DNA of 64,000 bases from Candidatus Sumerlaea chitinivorans (GTDB taxonomy: Bacteria; Sumerlaeota; Sumerlaeia; Sumerlaeales; Sumerlaeaceae), in assembly GCA_003290465.1 (NCBI GenBank), contig CP030759.1, forward strand, positions 2,180,572 to 2,244,571, in the 5' to 3' direction. Position numbers and translations under genes: made by a program. Positions within the stretch are counted from its first letter, which is position 1; every line of letters starts with the position of its first letter. Under the pieces are notes generated by a model, which did no database searches, had not been told where the DNA came from, and saw only the letters and a list, made by a program, of their open reading frames with translations. Below, piece by piece: positions 10,334 through 20,599 of the stretch.

Positions 10334-11317
10334 ATGCAACTAAGCCCCATCCACCGAGACGAAAAAACAATAGTCGCTCTGGCACGATGCGATCGCTACG
10401 AATCCGCGCGGCTCCGGGAAACATTGCAAGAAGTGCTTGAGCCCTTTGGCGGGATGCGCGCCTTCGTGCGCCCCGGGATGCGCGTGCTTTTGAAGCCAAA
10501 CTACGTGGTGGCCCGCCGAGCCGAAGCCGCCGCAAACACCCATCCGTTGTTCATCCTTGCCGTGGCCGAACTTGTTCGCGAGTGTGGCGGAGAGCCATTT
10601 GTGGGCGACTCTCCCGGCTGGGGAAGCGCCCGAGGCGTTGCCAAAGTCAGCGGCTTTCTGAGTGTGGCGGAGGCAACTGGCATTCCGGTTGTGGAACTAA
10701 GTGGCGCAGTGGCGAGCCCCTTGCCTTTCGGCACGACAAAGCATCTCAAGCTCAGCCGCGTAGTGTGCGAGGCAGACCTCATCATCAATCTCCCAAAATT
10801 CAAGGCTCATCAACAGATGCTCATGACGCTGGCCGTCAAAAACTGCTTTGGATGCGTGCCGGGGCGCAGAAAAGCGGCGTTACATATGCTTTCGCGCGAC
10901 AATCGCGAGTGGTTCGCGCGCATGCTCGTCGAAAACTATGTGCTCGTGCGTCCGCAGCTTCACCTAATGGATGGCATTCTGGCAATGGAGGGTAACGGCC
11001 CGTCGAATGGCAAACCTCGCCCGCTCGGTGTGGTCATGGCTGCCACGGATGCCGTGGCAATGGACCGCGTGGCGGTTGAGCTGGTGGGCCTGCCGTGGCA
11101 CCAGCTCACCACTCTCGTCGCGGCGCGCGACATGGGGGTCGGGGTAACGGACCTCGAAAAGCTTGAGCTCATCGGGCCGCCCCTCGACTCGCTTCGCTGC
11201 AGCACTTTCGAGCTGCCGCTGCTCATGCCCATTAGCTTTTCCCCCTACCGGGTCCTCCGCGGTCTGGTGCGCAATTACCTTATCAGGTGGGCGGAACGCC
11301 GTCGAGAAATGGCATAG
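10334..11317 (+). CDS. DUF362 domain protein
   Basis: VLLKPN, THP, INLPKFKAH, AVKNCFG, DGILAMEGNGP, DAVAMD. Confidence 0.85.
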   Translation: MQLSPIHRDEKTIVALARCDRYESARLRETLQEVLEPFGGMRAFVRPGMRVLLKPNYVVARRAEAAANTHPLFILAVAELVRECGGEPFVGDSPGWGSARGVAKVSGFLSVAEATGIPVVELSGAVASPLPFGTTKHLKLSRVVCEADLIINLPKFKAHQQMLMTLAVKNCFGCVPGRRKAALHMLSRDNREWFARMLVENYVLVRPQLHLMDGILAMEGNGPSNGKPRPLGVVMAATDAVAMDRVAVELVGLPWHQLTTLVAARDMGVGVTDLEKLELIGPPLDSLRCSTFELPLLMPISFSPYRVLRGLVRNYLIRWAERRREMA

Positions 11318-11373
11318 CCTTGCACTGTACCGTGCACCCAATTGACGAGTACGCCGGAACTTGCGTCGTTCCT

Positions 11374-13305
11374 TTACTGGCGCGTTTGCTGTAGGGTTGT
11401 TAGCTTTTGCTGCAGGACGCGCGCTTGTGGGTGATCGGGCGACAACTGTAGGATTCGCTCCACGACTCGATTCGCCTCGTCTATGCGCCCCGCCTCGCCT
11501 AATGCATACGCAAACTCGGTACCTGCATCGAGATCGTTCCCAAAGAACGACAGATAGCGTCGGAGGACCTCGACCGCTTCTGCAGGCCGACGACGTTTGC
11601 GCAATTCCGCGGCGTATCCGCGTGCACACGCCGGATCCCACGGATGCATGGCTGCCCCCTCGCCAAGTAAGGCAAACGCCTCCTCGTCACGTCCCGCCAA
11701 CTGCATAGCTCGCGCCATCATGACGTAGTCGTTGGGCCGGATCCATCGCACCAGCTTGAGCGTCGGCGGGCTATTGATGCGTACAGCAGGCGACCATCTT
11801 GGTTGAAGCGCCACGATGAGCGCGACCGCAATGCCAAGCCCTCGCGCAACTCCGCCCCACGATCGCGTCGCCAAATCGCGCGCCAATGCCACGACTCCGG
11901 CGCCGGCCCAGAGGCACATCGGCAAGAGAAACTCCAGTCGATAGCGCCCAACAACAAAGACGAGGATGATCGAAATCGCAAAGCTCGCAGCATACAGATA
12001 GACCAAGAATTGTCGCCGCCAGTTGCGCCACGTGCGCCAGATACCCACCGCCCCCAGCGCGATCACAAGCTCCCACGTAATCGGGTTCGCCCGCAACACC
12101 CACGAGAATCGCTGGTTCAGATAATAACTTGAATTGTCCGCAATATCGTAGCCGCTGAAGAACATCCATGCTTTGCGTCCCAGATTGCGCGCGAAAGCCA
12201 GCGGCTCGGCAAGGATTGCCGCGAGAAGTTCCCGCGACCACGGCACCAGACTTTGATCGCCCCCATAGCGCTCTTTGAGCGCGTAGAAAGAGTCAGGATA
12301 ATGAAATATCCCAAACGAGTCCGGGGCGTTTCCAATGTAGAGAAGGATCGGGCCATTACCGGTGGTCAGCACCCACTGCCCGCCAATAATGCGATTGCGC
12401 AGCAGCGAGAGGAACAACAGGCTGCCGAAGCTCGCGGCAAATGCAAACGCCGCCCGCCACGCAGAACGCGTGACGGCAGACCGATCGCCTTCCGTCGCCA
12501 AGCTCGTCACCAAACGAATTGCCACCCACCACCCCGGAATCAGCAACGCGCCGACCAGAAGAAAATTGCCTCGTCCAAAACATGCCAAGGCGCTCAACAC
12601 CCCCGCAAAGGCAGCGAAGCGCCACGCGCGCTCGGGTTCCAATGTCCCCCGCACCAAGCACCATAAAAGGCACGCGTGAATTGCAACAAGCAGCCCCTCC
12701 ATGAGTAAGAGCTGTTCGTAAAACAGAATCGGACCACTTAGCGCCGCAAGCAAACCGGCCACAAGAGCTTCGCTCCGCCCCCACAGGCGGCGAGCAACGT
12801 CCCAGATCGCCACGGGTGCAATCACGCCAATGAGAGCCTGAATGCCGTGCACGACATCGTAGCTTTCTCCGAACACGCGAAACAGAAGGGCGAGAAAGTA
12901 CGGGTAGAGAGGGCCATAATAAAAAACCCCCTGTTTGCGGCTCAGCCAGTCACCCGCCACAAGGGACTTCGCCCACTCCCAGTACGTGTGCATGTCGGTT
13001 TCTGGAAGCGTCCGGTTGTAAAGCGGGTCAAAGTGCCGAACATTCCACCAATGGATCAAGCGCACGAGCAAGGCGACGATGAGCGTCACGAGGAGACCGT
13101 GTGCGGCCAGCCATTCCCAAGCGCTCCGACATCGGCCGGGTGCGGCGCCCTCGCGCGGGGAAGCGAGAGGGGAGGTGGTGCCAGAGGAAGCCACGGCTGC
13201 TCCACGGGGGCCATGCCCCACGGCATGTTCACGATTCGAGCGGCTGCGGCGATTCCTTGCGGACATGGCTCGGTCATCCACCTGTTTTCTGTGCATCACT
13301 GTCAA
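11374..13305 (-). CDS. GT-C-type (ArnT/PMT-like) membrane glycosyltransferase with C-terminal TPRs
   Basis: Multi-TM; acidic first loop (PETDMHTY), GPLYPYFLA, N.YIGN, RYRL motifs; TPR-like tail. Start uncertain. Confidence 0.75.
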   Translation of the reverse strand: MTVMHRKQVDDRAMSARNRRSRSNREHAVGHGPRGAAVASSGTTSPLASPREGAAPGRCRSAWEWLAAHGLLVTLIVALLVRLIHWWNVRHFDPLYNRTLPETDMHTYWEWAKSLVAGDWLSRKQGVFYYGPLYPYFLALLFRVFGESYDVVHGIQALIGVIAPVAIWDVARRLWGRSEALVAGLLAALSGPILFYEQLLLMEGLLVAIHACLLWCLVRGTLEPERAWRFAAFAGVLSALACFGRGNFLLVGALLIPGWWVAIRLVTSLATEGDRSAVTRSAWRAAFAFAASFGSLLFLSLLRNRIIGGQWVLTTGNGPILLYIGNAPDSFGIFHYPDSFYALKERYGGDQSLVPWSRELLAAILAEPLAFARNLGRKAWMFFSGYDIADNSSYYLNQRFSWVLRANPITWELVIALGAVGIWRTWRNWRRQFLVYLYAASFAISIILVFVVGRYRLEFLLPMCLWAGAGVVALARDLATRSWGGVARGLGIAVALIVALQPRWSPAVRINSPPTLKLVRWIRPNDYVMMARAMQLAGRDEEAFALLGEGAAMHPWDPACARGYAAELRKRRRPAEAVEVLRRYLSFFGNDLDAGTEFAYALGEAGRIDEANRVVERILQLSPDHPQARVLQQKLTTLQQTRQ

Positions 13306-13349
13306 GGCTTGGGACGCCGATCTGCTCCCCTTTCAAGACTCACGGCGTT

Positions 13350-15020
13350 TCACTTTTTCTTTTTCGTGAACGCTTTGCGTAGCTGTGTGACGAGGGAAGC
13401 AGCCGCTTTGTCGCGTTCCAGCTCGCGCAAGAAATCCTGCGCTTCCTTTTCCCGACCCAGCTTCCACGCTGCAGCTGCCGCACACGCCAACACGTCGCGC
13501 CGAGCCGCTGAGTTCTTCGAAGGAGTTTGATCCAGCAAAGCCAGCGCATCCTGAAGCGCGCGGCTCGTTTCCTCATCAGATAATGCCAATTGCAGTAGCG
13601 AGGATTTCTGTCCGCGTAGCCGCGCGAGTCGCGACTCCTGCACACGCTTGTCGAGCTTGTCCTGACAGGCAAACACCACCGCGCGCTCCGCGGTCGTCAG
13701 CGCCTCATCCGTCACAAGGCTAAAAATCTCATCCTGTGCTTCTTCGATTTTGCCGCTGCTGACGAGCTGTTCCACTTGGCGCAGACGCTCACGGCGTTCC
13801 GTATTCGCAAGCACTCGCGAGGCAAGGTCCACCGGTCCACTGACATCCACGATGTCGCGGAACGCTGCCGCCAGGTTTTGAATCTCGCTCAGGAGCTCGC
13901 GCGCTTCATCGTACTTTCGGGCGTCCATCAGGGATTGGAAACGGTCAAACATCCAACTGAGTATTTCGTCCACAAGCTGCGGCCGCACCTTCTTGATCGT
14001 TTCGCTTCCCGGGTACTGAGCTGCCAGCTGTTGCAACTCATTGACCGTAGCTTCGACATCACGCTCGGAGCGGAACTTCTCGCGCAATGCGTCCAACCGC
14101 TGACTCACTTCGAGTTCGCGCGCCTCGTTAAGAAACTGCCGCAATTCCTCTTTCTCCGGGATGTCCGGATACAGTTGCAGAAATTGCTGGACGCGCTCCG
14201 CGAGATCCGCATAGCTGACCTCGCCTGCAACGAAGCGTCCATACAGATCGAGGATGCGCTGGCGGTAGTAGTGATTGATGTCCTGCTTGATCATGGCGAG
14301 AGCCACACTTGTCTCCGGGTCCGGCTCCCAGCTCTCCACTTCCGCAATGCGCTTGAGTGCCTCAGGATAGTTTTCCTGAAACTTCAGATCTTGTACGTAT
14401 CTGACCTGAGAGTTGAGTTCCGATCGCAGCGCCTTTGCGAGCGCGCGTGCAGCCACCTCGACGGCGCTCCCCGGCCGCGCTGTGCGGGTTGTGGCTTCGA
14501 GCTCCCGAAGCGCCGTCGCCCATCGCCCGCCCTCGATGTGTGAGTAGGCCGTGCGTAAGAGCTGAGCGGCGGGATCAGGACGCGTCGCGTAAAATAGCGC
14601 GAGGCCCAACACGATCACCAAGATAAATAGAACAACCGTGAGCCCGCCGAGAACGCGCAGCGCAGGCAGCGAGCGTTCCACTGTTTCAAGGTTTTGCAAG
14701 TACCTATGGGCTTTCGCCAGTTCCGGCTGAAGTGCCAGAGCTGCTTCCCAGGCTTCCCGCGCACGATCGAATTGTTTGAGTTTCGCGTAGAGGGTACCCA
14801 GCACGACGTGGGCATTGACAAAGCGCCGGTCTAAATCCAGCGCATTGTGGAGCTCGTCAATCGCTTCCTGATAGCGGCCTCGTTCCGCATGTTCGAGCGC
14901 CAAATTGTAGTGATGACGCGCCTTGTTCACAATGAGGCGCAGCATAGAAATATCGCGATCGCAAACATAACAGCGCTCGCGGTCCTCGCGATTCTCGGTT
15001 TGGCAATAAGGACATTGCAT
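13350..15020 (-). CDS. Zinc-ribbon plus TPR membrane protein
   Basis: N-terminal CPYC...CYVC, three TPR-like repeats, one TM helix (LGGLTVVLFILVIVLGLALFY), long helical C-terminal region. Confidence 0.8.
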   Translation of the reverse strand: MQCPYCQTENREDRERCYVCDRDISMLRLIVNKARHHYNLALEHAERGRYQEAIDELHNALDLDRRFVNAHVVLGTLYAKLKQFDRAREAWEAALALQPELAKAHRYLQNLETVERSLPALRVLGGLTVVLFILVIVLGLALFYATRPDPAAQLLRTAYSHIEGGRWATALRELEATTRTARPGSAVEVAARALAKALRSELNSQVRYVQDLKFQENYPEALKRIAEVESWEPDPETSVALAMIKQDINHYYRQRILDLYGRFVAGEVSYADLAERVQQFLQLYPDIPEKEELRQFLNEARELEVSQRLDALREKFRSERDVEATVNELQQLAAQYPGSETIKKVRPQLVDEILSWMFDRFQSLMDARKYDEARELLSEIQNLAAAFRDIVDVSGPVDLASRVLANTERRERLRQVEQLVSSGKIEEAQDEIFSLVTDEALTTAERAVVFACQDKLDKRVQESRLARLRGQKSSLLQLALSDEETSRALQDALALLDQTPSKNSAARRDVLACAAAAAWKLGREKEAQDFLRELERDKAAASLVTQLRKAFTKKKK

Positions 15021-15310
15021 CGTTTTCTGTGCCCTAAACGAAAGCCATTGCCGGCACTTGGCAAGAAAAAGCTTCCAGCATACTACGCCAAGCGCGTGCG
15101 CCCATGAGCAGGACTTACCGCGAATCCAACCGCTGGGCTATTGGCCTTTGAGGTGTGTCCGAACCTCTCGCCACAAGGGCTCGTGCCCTCGCCCACAACC
15201 ACTTCCCCACCCACCATGAAAAAGCTGACCCGCCGTCGAATTTTCGTCCGAGCTCAGGTATAGTATTCTCAGGCTCCGGCCTACCAGCTTCGGACGGAGG
15301 TTCAGATACC

Positions 15311-15706
15311 GTGATTTGTGAAAGGTATCGGGAATCGTTGATGGCACTCCTCGACAACGAACTGCCGGAGAGCGAGCGTCACAACGTTGAGCTTCATCTG
15401 CAAGAGTGCCATGAATGTCGCACGGAGTACGAACAACTCCGCAATCTCGTCAGCCAGCTGAACACCCTCCGCTTCCCCGCCCCGAAACCCGAATTCTGGG
15501 ATGATTACTACCAAGGCGTGTGCGAGCGCATGCAGCGTAGCGCACGCTGGGGCATTTGGGGCGCGGCAGCCGTGGGCTTGCTCATTCTGGCGAACGTGCT
15601 GTTCTTTGCCGTACCAGCCAGCGCGTTAACAATCACGCTGGGTTCTCTTGCGCTCGTGGGTGGCGCCGTCACGCTTTGGCTGACCTATTATTGTAATTGC
15701 AGCTAA
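15311..15706 (+). CDS. Zinc-binding anti-sigma factor (zf-HC2/ZAS) with two TM helices
   Basis: GTG at 15311 after GGAGG; C...LLDNEL...HLQECHECR (HxxxCxxC); two C-terminal hydrophobic helices. Confidence 0.8.
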   Translation: MICERYRESLMALLDNELPESERHNVELHLQECHECRTEYEQLRNLVSQLNTLRFPAPKPEFWDDYYQGVCERMQRSARWGIWGAAAVGLLILANVLFFAVPASALTITLGSLALVGGAVTLWLTYYCNCS

Positions 15707-15984
15707 AGCAGGCTCCTCTCCATCGAGGAGTGAACCGTTAGGGGGTTGCGCGCGCACGAAGATGTCGCGTCCAGCTCGTCGGTACACCACGCGCAAACCA
15801 GCTGAAGCGTAGCCGCCCCCTGCAGGGAATTCGTGTGGCTGCGCCCAGACGCGACGTTGCCCACTCGTGCGGGTTCACGCCTTCCGTTGAGATCGCCGTG
15901 GACGCAAGTCGCGCGGCGGAAACTGGACTTTTTGCGGCACCTATTTGGGGTGCAGAGTGCTCATGGGTTTTGAAAACCGTGGAG

Positions 15985-18876
15985 CTACTCTTCGTAATGC
16001 TCCCAACAGCCAATCTCGGAGGGGATTGGCCCGACGTACACAAACTTCACCGCATCGGCGCAGAACCGATTCTGTGGATTTGAGCCTGTTCCGTCGCCGT
16101 CCACGTTGGTCAATTCCACGCCGCCGACCGTCCCCGCTGCGCCCGCCTGAAATGGAACACCCGAGGCAATTTTTAGCCACTTGTTGCGCAGGCCTGGTGT
16201 ATAAGGATGCAGATACACAGTCCCAGAAATTGGCGTGCCGGCGTTCGTGATGACGTAACCGACATTCGCATCATTGTTCGGTCCACTGTAGCGATCGTCC
16301 AGCGTCACATAGACGTCGTAGAGGCCTGCCTGGGGAATTGCGGGACGGAATGCCGCCTTCGCCCCCACTTGCGTGGAATAGCGGGCCCCACTCCCAACCG
16401 TGCCGGGAGCACCCGACTTGCTCGTCGTGTTGCCGAATGTTCCGGTCTCTTGATACGCGGGAGTCGGCGTCAATCCTCCGCTCGAAGTGCGGCTTTCTAC
16501 GATCACCTCCTCCGGCAATGGGTCGCTGGTCACTTCCACAGTGAGCGTCGCCGAGCGCGACGCCGAGGCCCCGTCGGTGACGGTGACCGAGAATGTATAG
16601 AGACCGGTGGCGGTGGGGGTACCCGTGATCAGGCCCGATGATGCCAGCGTCAATCCCGGCGGTAAGCCACTGCCACCACTCCACGTGTAGGGCGTCGTGC
16701 CAAAGCTCGCATGCAGCCGGTAGGCAAACGGCTTATTCACCGGGATGCGCCCCAAGCTCACCGTATTGAGACTCAACCCCATATACTTCAGCACCCAGTT
16801 GTCGGGGTCTAAGTCAATTTCGAGCGGCACACTGGTCCCCAGGTTCACCGTATCCACGGCTGAAAGCGCCGAGTTCTGAATCCGGACCGTGGTGGTTTGA
16901 TGATCCTGACACACAACTTCGTAATCGAGGGGCATCACGTAGGGCGTCCCGGAGCCCACCTGCGTTGTGTTGAGTGCGAGCAGCCAATCCGAGCCGCTCT
17001 TTGAGCTGGACCCATGGAAACGGTAGGTGGGTTGCGCTGGTGGATTTGAGGAGTCCGTACGGTAAAGCCATTGGCTGAAGAAGGCCGTCAAATCCATTCC
17101 CGAAACAGCCTCGGCAACGTCCTCGAAATCCTGCGATACCGCGCTGCCGTAGGAGACTGCCGGATGCTGGGCCCACGTGCGCATGATCTCCCAAAACTTT
17201 TGCTCGCCCACCACGTGGCGCAGCATGTGCAACACCCACGCCCCCTTGCGGTACACCGCCGCGCCGGAGAAGTTGTCCGAGTTGGGGCCCACAACGGCCT
17301 GAGTCGTGGAAACGCTCCATCCGTTCACACGGCTCCAAAACTGATAACGCCCCCACTTGTATTCATCCCACAATGCCTCGCAGTACGTAGCAAATCCCTC
17401 ATTGAGCCATAGATGGTCGAACGTAAGAGGGGTAATTTTATCGCCGAACCACTGGTGCGCGAGCTCGTGAACATTACGCCGCTGCATGCCGTCCTGCACG
17501 TCTCCCCCGGGCATGCTCGTCGCTGTCTGATGTTCCATGCCTGCCCCGCTGTTGTGCGAGGCTGTATAATACTTCTCATCAAGGAACGGATATTCGCCAA
17601 AGCGGTCTGCAAAAAAGTTCATGACCTGCAACGTGCCGGCGGCACCCGTCGCCTCGAGGCTGAGGTTCTCGGGGTAGATTGCGTGGCGAATGGGCATCGT
17701 TGTGGTGCCGTCACGACTGGTGTACGTCGCCGACACATAAACATAGTTCGAAACGCAAAACGAGACGAGGTAGGTCGCGATCGGATAGCGGTTTTCCCAC
17801 ACCCACGTTTCCGTGGCACCGTTATTCACGACCGCAGCGAGTCGGCCATTCGACACCACCTGCCATCCCTGCCCGCTTGGCACAGTAATCCGTTGAATGG
17901 AGGAAGTCGCTTTGTCGTCGGGCAGATCCTTGCATGGCCACCACTGCCGCGCCCCATAGGGTTCGCTGAAGGTGTACACGACCGCCACCGGCGGCGAGCC
18001 GTGAGTAGACCGCACGTAGGGCGCCCCAAAGGTGCCTGTCGGTCGCGGCGTCCCACTGTAGTTGATGCGCACCTGAAACTCTTCGCCTGCAGGAACTGGA
18101 GCAGGCAACGTGATGCGAAGTTTATTATTTGCTGTGTCCACGCTGAAGGGGAGCAGCGGAGTCGAGGGGCCACTGTCCACGCTTGAGACCGCGAGCGCAC
18201 CGCCGTTCGAATCGAAATCGAGCACGCACGTCGTGAGCGAAGAATCCAGACTCCGCGCCCGCACTGTCACACTCGCTGCATTGAGCACCGAGGCGGTCAT
18301 ACTGGGAGTCCAGCTGCAATCGTAAAACAGCACATCGAACTTCGGCTGGACGGGATCCGCAGGCGGCGCCACCTTGGGTACCCCCTCGGCAAATGCTCGC
18401 TCAAAATGAATCTCTTCGTAGGAGCCATCGAGCGAAAACATCACTGTGCCGTCCCACAGCGTTCCTTCGCGCGTCGCCTTGCTGGAGCGAATCACCATCT
18501 CGTTCACTCCAACTCGAAGGAGCGCTTCGGGCACTCGATAATACCACCCATCAGAGCGCTGCAGGGGTTCGATGTCGAGGCGCCGCGCGTTCACCTCGAT
18601 TTCTGCAGGCCGCAGCCCCACCACCCGAAGGCCGTAACCGGTTTCAAGCGCCTGCCGCTCAAGGACAAACGTGGTAACCAGTTCGGTAGGCGCTACGGAT
18701 AGAGCACGAACCGCCGTCGCCCGATCGCGAATCTCTTCCCCGACGCCAAACAGGATTCTCCGCTGGCTCAGGTCGAGCTTCCCTGCACACGCAAATTGCA
18801 TCCCAACGCCATTAATCATGATCGCGGCAAGCACACCAATCGTGCGGCCCGCTACTCCGCTGAAGCACCTCATCAA
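15985..18876 (-). CDS. Secreted M1 family zinc aminopeptidase with putative Ig (He_PIG) and golvesin/CBM-like C-terminal domains
   Basis: Signal peptide; ARQWWPC, GAGMEHQT, HELAHQWFG, WLNEGFATY, YRKGAWVLHMLR; GLPPGLTL..SGLITGTPT (He_PIG); GLYDVYV...ADAVKF (golvesin-like). Confidence 0.88.
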   Translation of the reverse strand: MMRCFSGVAGRTIGVLAAIMINGVGMQFACAGKLDLSQRRILFGVGEEIRDRATAVRALSVAPTELVTTFVLERQALETGYGLRVVGLRPAEIEVNARRLDIEPLQRSDGWYYRVPEALLRVGVNEMVIRSSKATREGTLWDGTVMFSLDGSYEEIHFERAFAEGVPKVAPPADPVQPKFDVLFYDCSWTPSMTASVLNAASVTVRARSLDSSLTTCVLDFDSNGGALAVSSVDSGPSTPLLPFSVDTANNKLRITLPAPVPAGEEFQVRINYSGTPRPTGTFGAPYVRSTHGSPPVAVVYTFSEPYGARQWWPCKDLPDDKATSSIQRITVPSGQGWQVVSNGRLAAVVNNGATETWVWENRYPIATYLVSFCVSNYVYVSATYTSRDGTTTMPIRHAIYPENLSLEATGAAGTLQVMNFFADRFGEYPFLDEKYYTASHNSGAGMEHQTATSMPGGDVQDGMQRRNVHELAHQWFGDKITPLTFDHLWLNEGFATYCEALWDEYKWGRYQFWSRVNGWSVSTTQAVVGPNSDNFSGAAVYRKGAWVLHMLRHVVGEQKFWEIMRTWAQHPAVSYGSAVSQDFEDVAEAVSGMDLTAFFSQWLYRTDSSNPPAQPTYRFHGSSSKSGSDWLLALNTTQVGSGTPYVMPLDYEVVCQDHQTTTVRIQNSALSAVDTVNLGTSVPLEIDLDPDNWVLKYMGLSLNTVSLGRIPVNKPFAYRLHASFGTTPYTWSGGSGLPPGLTLASSGLITGTPTATGLYTFSVTVTDGASASRSATLTVEVTSDPLPEEVIVESRTSSGGLTPTPAYQETGTFGNTTSKSGAPGTVGSGARYSTQVGAKAAFRPAIPQAGLYDVYVTLDDRYSGPNNDANVGYVITNAGTPISGTVYLHPYTPGLRNKWLKIASGVPFQAGAAGTVGGVELTNVDGDGTGSNPQNRFCADAVKFVYVGPIPSEIGCWEHYEE

Positions 18877-19041
18877 ACGACCCCTCCAAATAGTTTACTT
18901 CCCCATGCTGAGTAAGGACAGGTCTGTTGGGCAAGACGAATCGGCCACGTCAAGCAATCTGAGCCGCCGGATCCAACAAAAGTTCTTGGCAACTTGCCTT
19001 GTTGACGAAACTTTACAGTTGGCCGCACGAAAAGATGTGAG

Positions 19042-20526
19042 GTGTTAGGCAACCAAAGCGATGAGCTTTGCGCGAGCACGATGCGGGAACGATTTGCTAC
19101 AAGTGCGCCTTCAGAGGCTGGGAAAGGTGGCAACGCACCTGCGGTCTCGCTTCGTCGTGGCCTCCCTACCCTCTCTGCCTTCATCCTCATGGTCATCGTC
19201 CTGCTCATCTTTAATCTTTCTTCGCTGCGGCTCGTGCGTCTGTTGGAGGCCTCAAAGGAAAGTGATTTAGGGCAGCGCATGGTAGCGGTCGGACGCATGA
19301 TTGCCTACCACCTGCGCCAACCCAGCCCGCCCGTGATCCTCTCGCTGGTAAGCGAGTTGCCCATCGATCAGCAGGCCGACAAACTTGAGGACTTTGCAGC
19401 CACGACCGTTTATGAGAAGCTGATCCAACGCTTAAGCGAGATGAAGCGGCTGAACAACCTCGCGGCGCTCACGCTGCTCACCGTCCAGGGGCTCGTGGTG
19501 GCAGACGCCGACGAGAAAATGGCGCCGGCCTCACCATACTTGTACAACGAGGTGGATGCTGAGCCCTTGAGCCGTGCTGCGACGGGTCAAGTCGCACAAA
19601 TGCGCCTCTATCCGATCGGGGACACGCTTTACAAACGCGTCTATGTGCCGATCGTCTCGGAAGGCAAACCGCTCGGGATTCTTGCACTGTCAGCAAGTGC
19701 GGACTACTTCGCCGCCTTACGTGAGGTGCAACGCCGAGCCCGTGTCCAGATGATCCTCAGTTCTGCCCTGCTGATCGCAATCGGGGTGCTCGTTCATCGC
19801 CTCTTCTCTTTCATCGTCAAAGCCGAGGCTCGAGCCCTACGTCTTGCACGCATGGAAGCGATGGCCTCGCTTGCCGGCGGGGTCGCCCACGAACTGCGCA
19901 ACCCTCTCTCCATCATTCGAATGATGTGCGAGGAGATTCTTGCGGATCTACCGCCCGAAAGTCGCAGCGCCCGCAATGCCCGCGACATCATCGGCGAGGT
20001 GGACCGACTCAATGAGCTTGTTTACCAATTCCTGTCGCTCGCAAAGCCACCTGATTTTTCAAAGGCAGAGCCTGTGGACCTTGTGGCGGAGGTCCGACGC
20101 ACCGCCGAGCTCCTCCGCAAAAGCTCTCCTCAGGCGTTCGCACTAGAGCTGAATTTGCCAACTGCCCCTCTGCGCGTGCAAGCCGACGAGCGCGCCCTTC
20201 GGCAAGTTTTACTCAATCTCCTGCTCAATGCGCGCGACGCTGTGGCTGAAAATGGTGGGCGTGTGAGTGTCACGGTCACCGAGCGACGCGATATGGCGGA
20301 AGTGCGCATCGCTGACACGGGGCCGGGCATCGCGCAACGCGACCTCGAGCGCGTTTTCGACCCGTTTTTCACCACCAAACCGACCGGCTCGGGCTTGGGA
20401 CTTGCCATCTCACGGAACCTCGTCCAAAACATGGGTGGAGAAATCTCACTAACGAGCTGCGTCGGCAAGGGAACCGAGGTCTGTGTGCGCCTTCCGCTTC
20501 GTCGCAGCATGACCCTGCGCGGCTAA
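19042..20526 (+). CDS. Membrane sensor histidine kinase (HisKA plus HATPase)
   Basis: Two TM helices; AHELRNPL (H box), QVLLNLLLNA, DTGPGI, FDPFFTTK, GSGLGL. Start may be later (e.g. ATG 19081). Confidence 0.92.
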   Translation: MLGNQSDELCASTMRERFATSAPSEAGKGGNAPAVSLRRGLPTLSAFILMVIVLLIFNLSSLRLVRLLEASKESDLGQRMVAVGRMIAYHLRQPSPPVILSLVSELPIDQQADKLEDFAATTVYEKLIQRLSEMKRLNNLAALTLLTVQGLVVADADEKMAPASPYLYNEVDAEPLSRAATGQVAQMRLYPIGDTLYKRVYVPIVSEGKPLGILALSASADYFAALREVQRRARVQMILSSALLIAIGVLVHRLFSFIVKAEARALRLARMEAMASLAGGVAHELRNPLSIIRMMCEEILADLPPESRSARNARDIIGEVDRLNELVYQFLSLAKPPDFSKAEPVDLVAEVRRTAELLRKSSPQAFALELNLPTAPLRVQADERALRQVLLNLLLNARDAVAENGGRVSVTVTERRDMAEVRIADTGPGIAQRDLERVFDPFFTTKPTGSGLGLAISRNLVQNMGGEISLTSCVGKGTEVCVRLPLRRSMTLRG

Positions 20527-20599
20527 TCTGTGCCAATGTGCGTCGAGTTCACCAAGTGCAGCAAGCATCTCCAAGAGTCTGTAAACATCGGTAAGAGCA

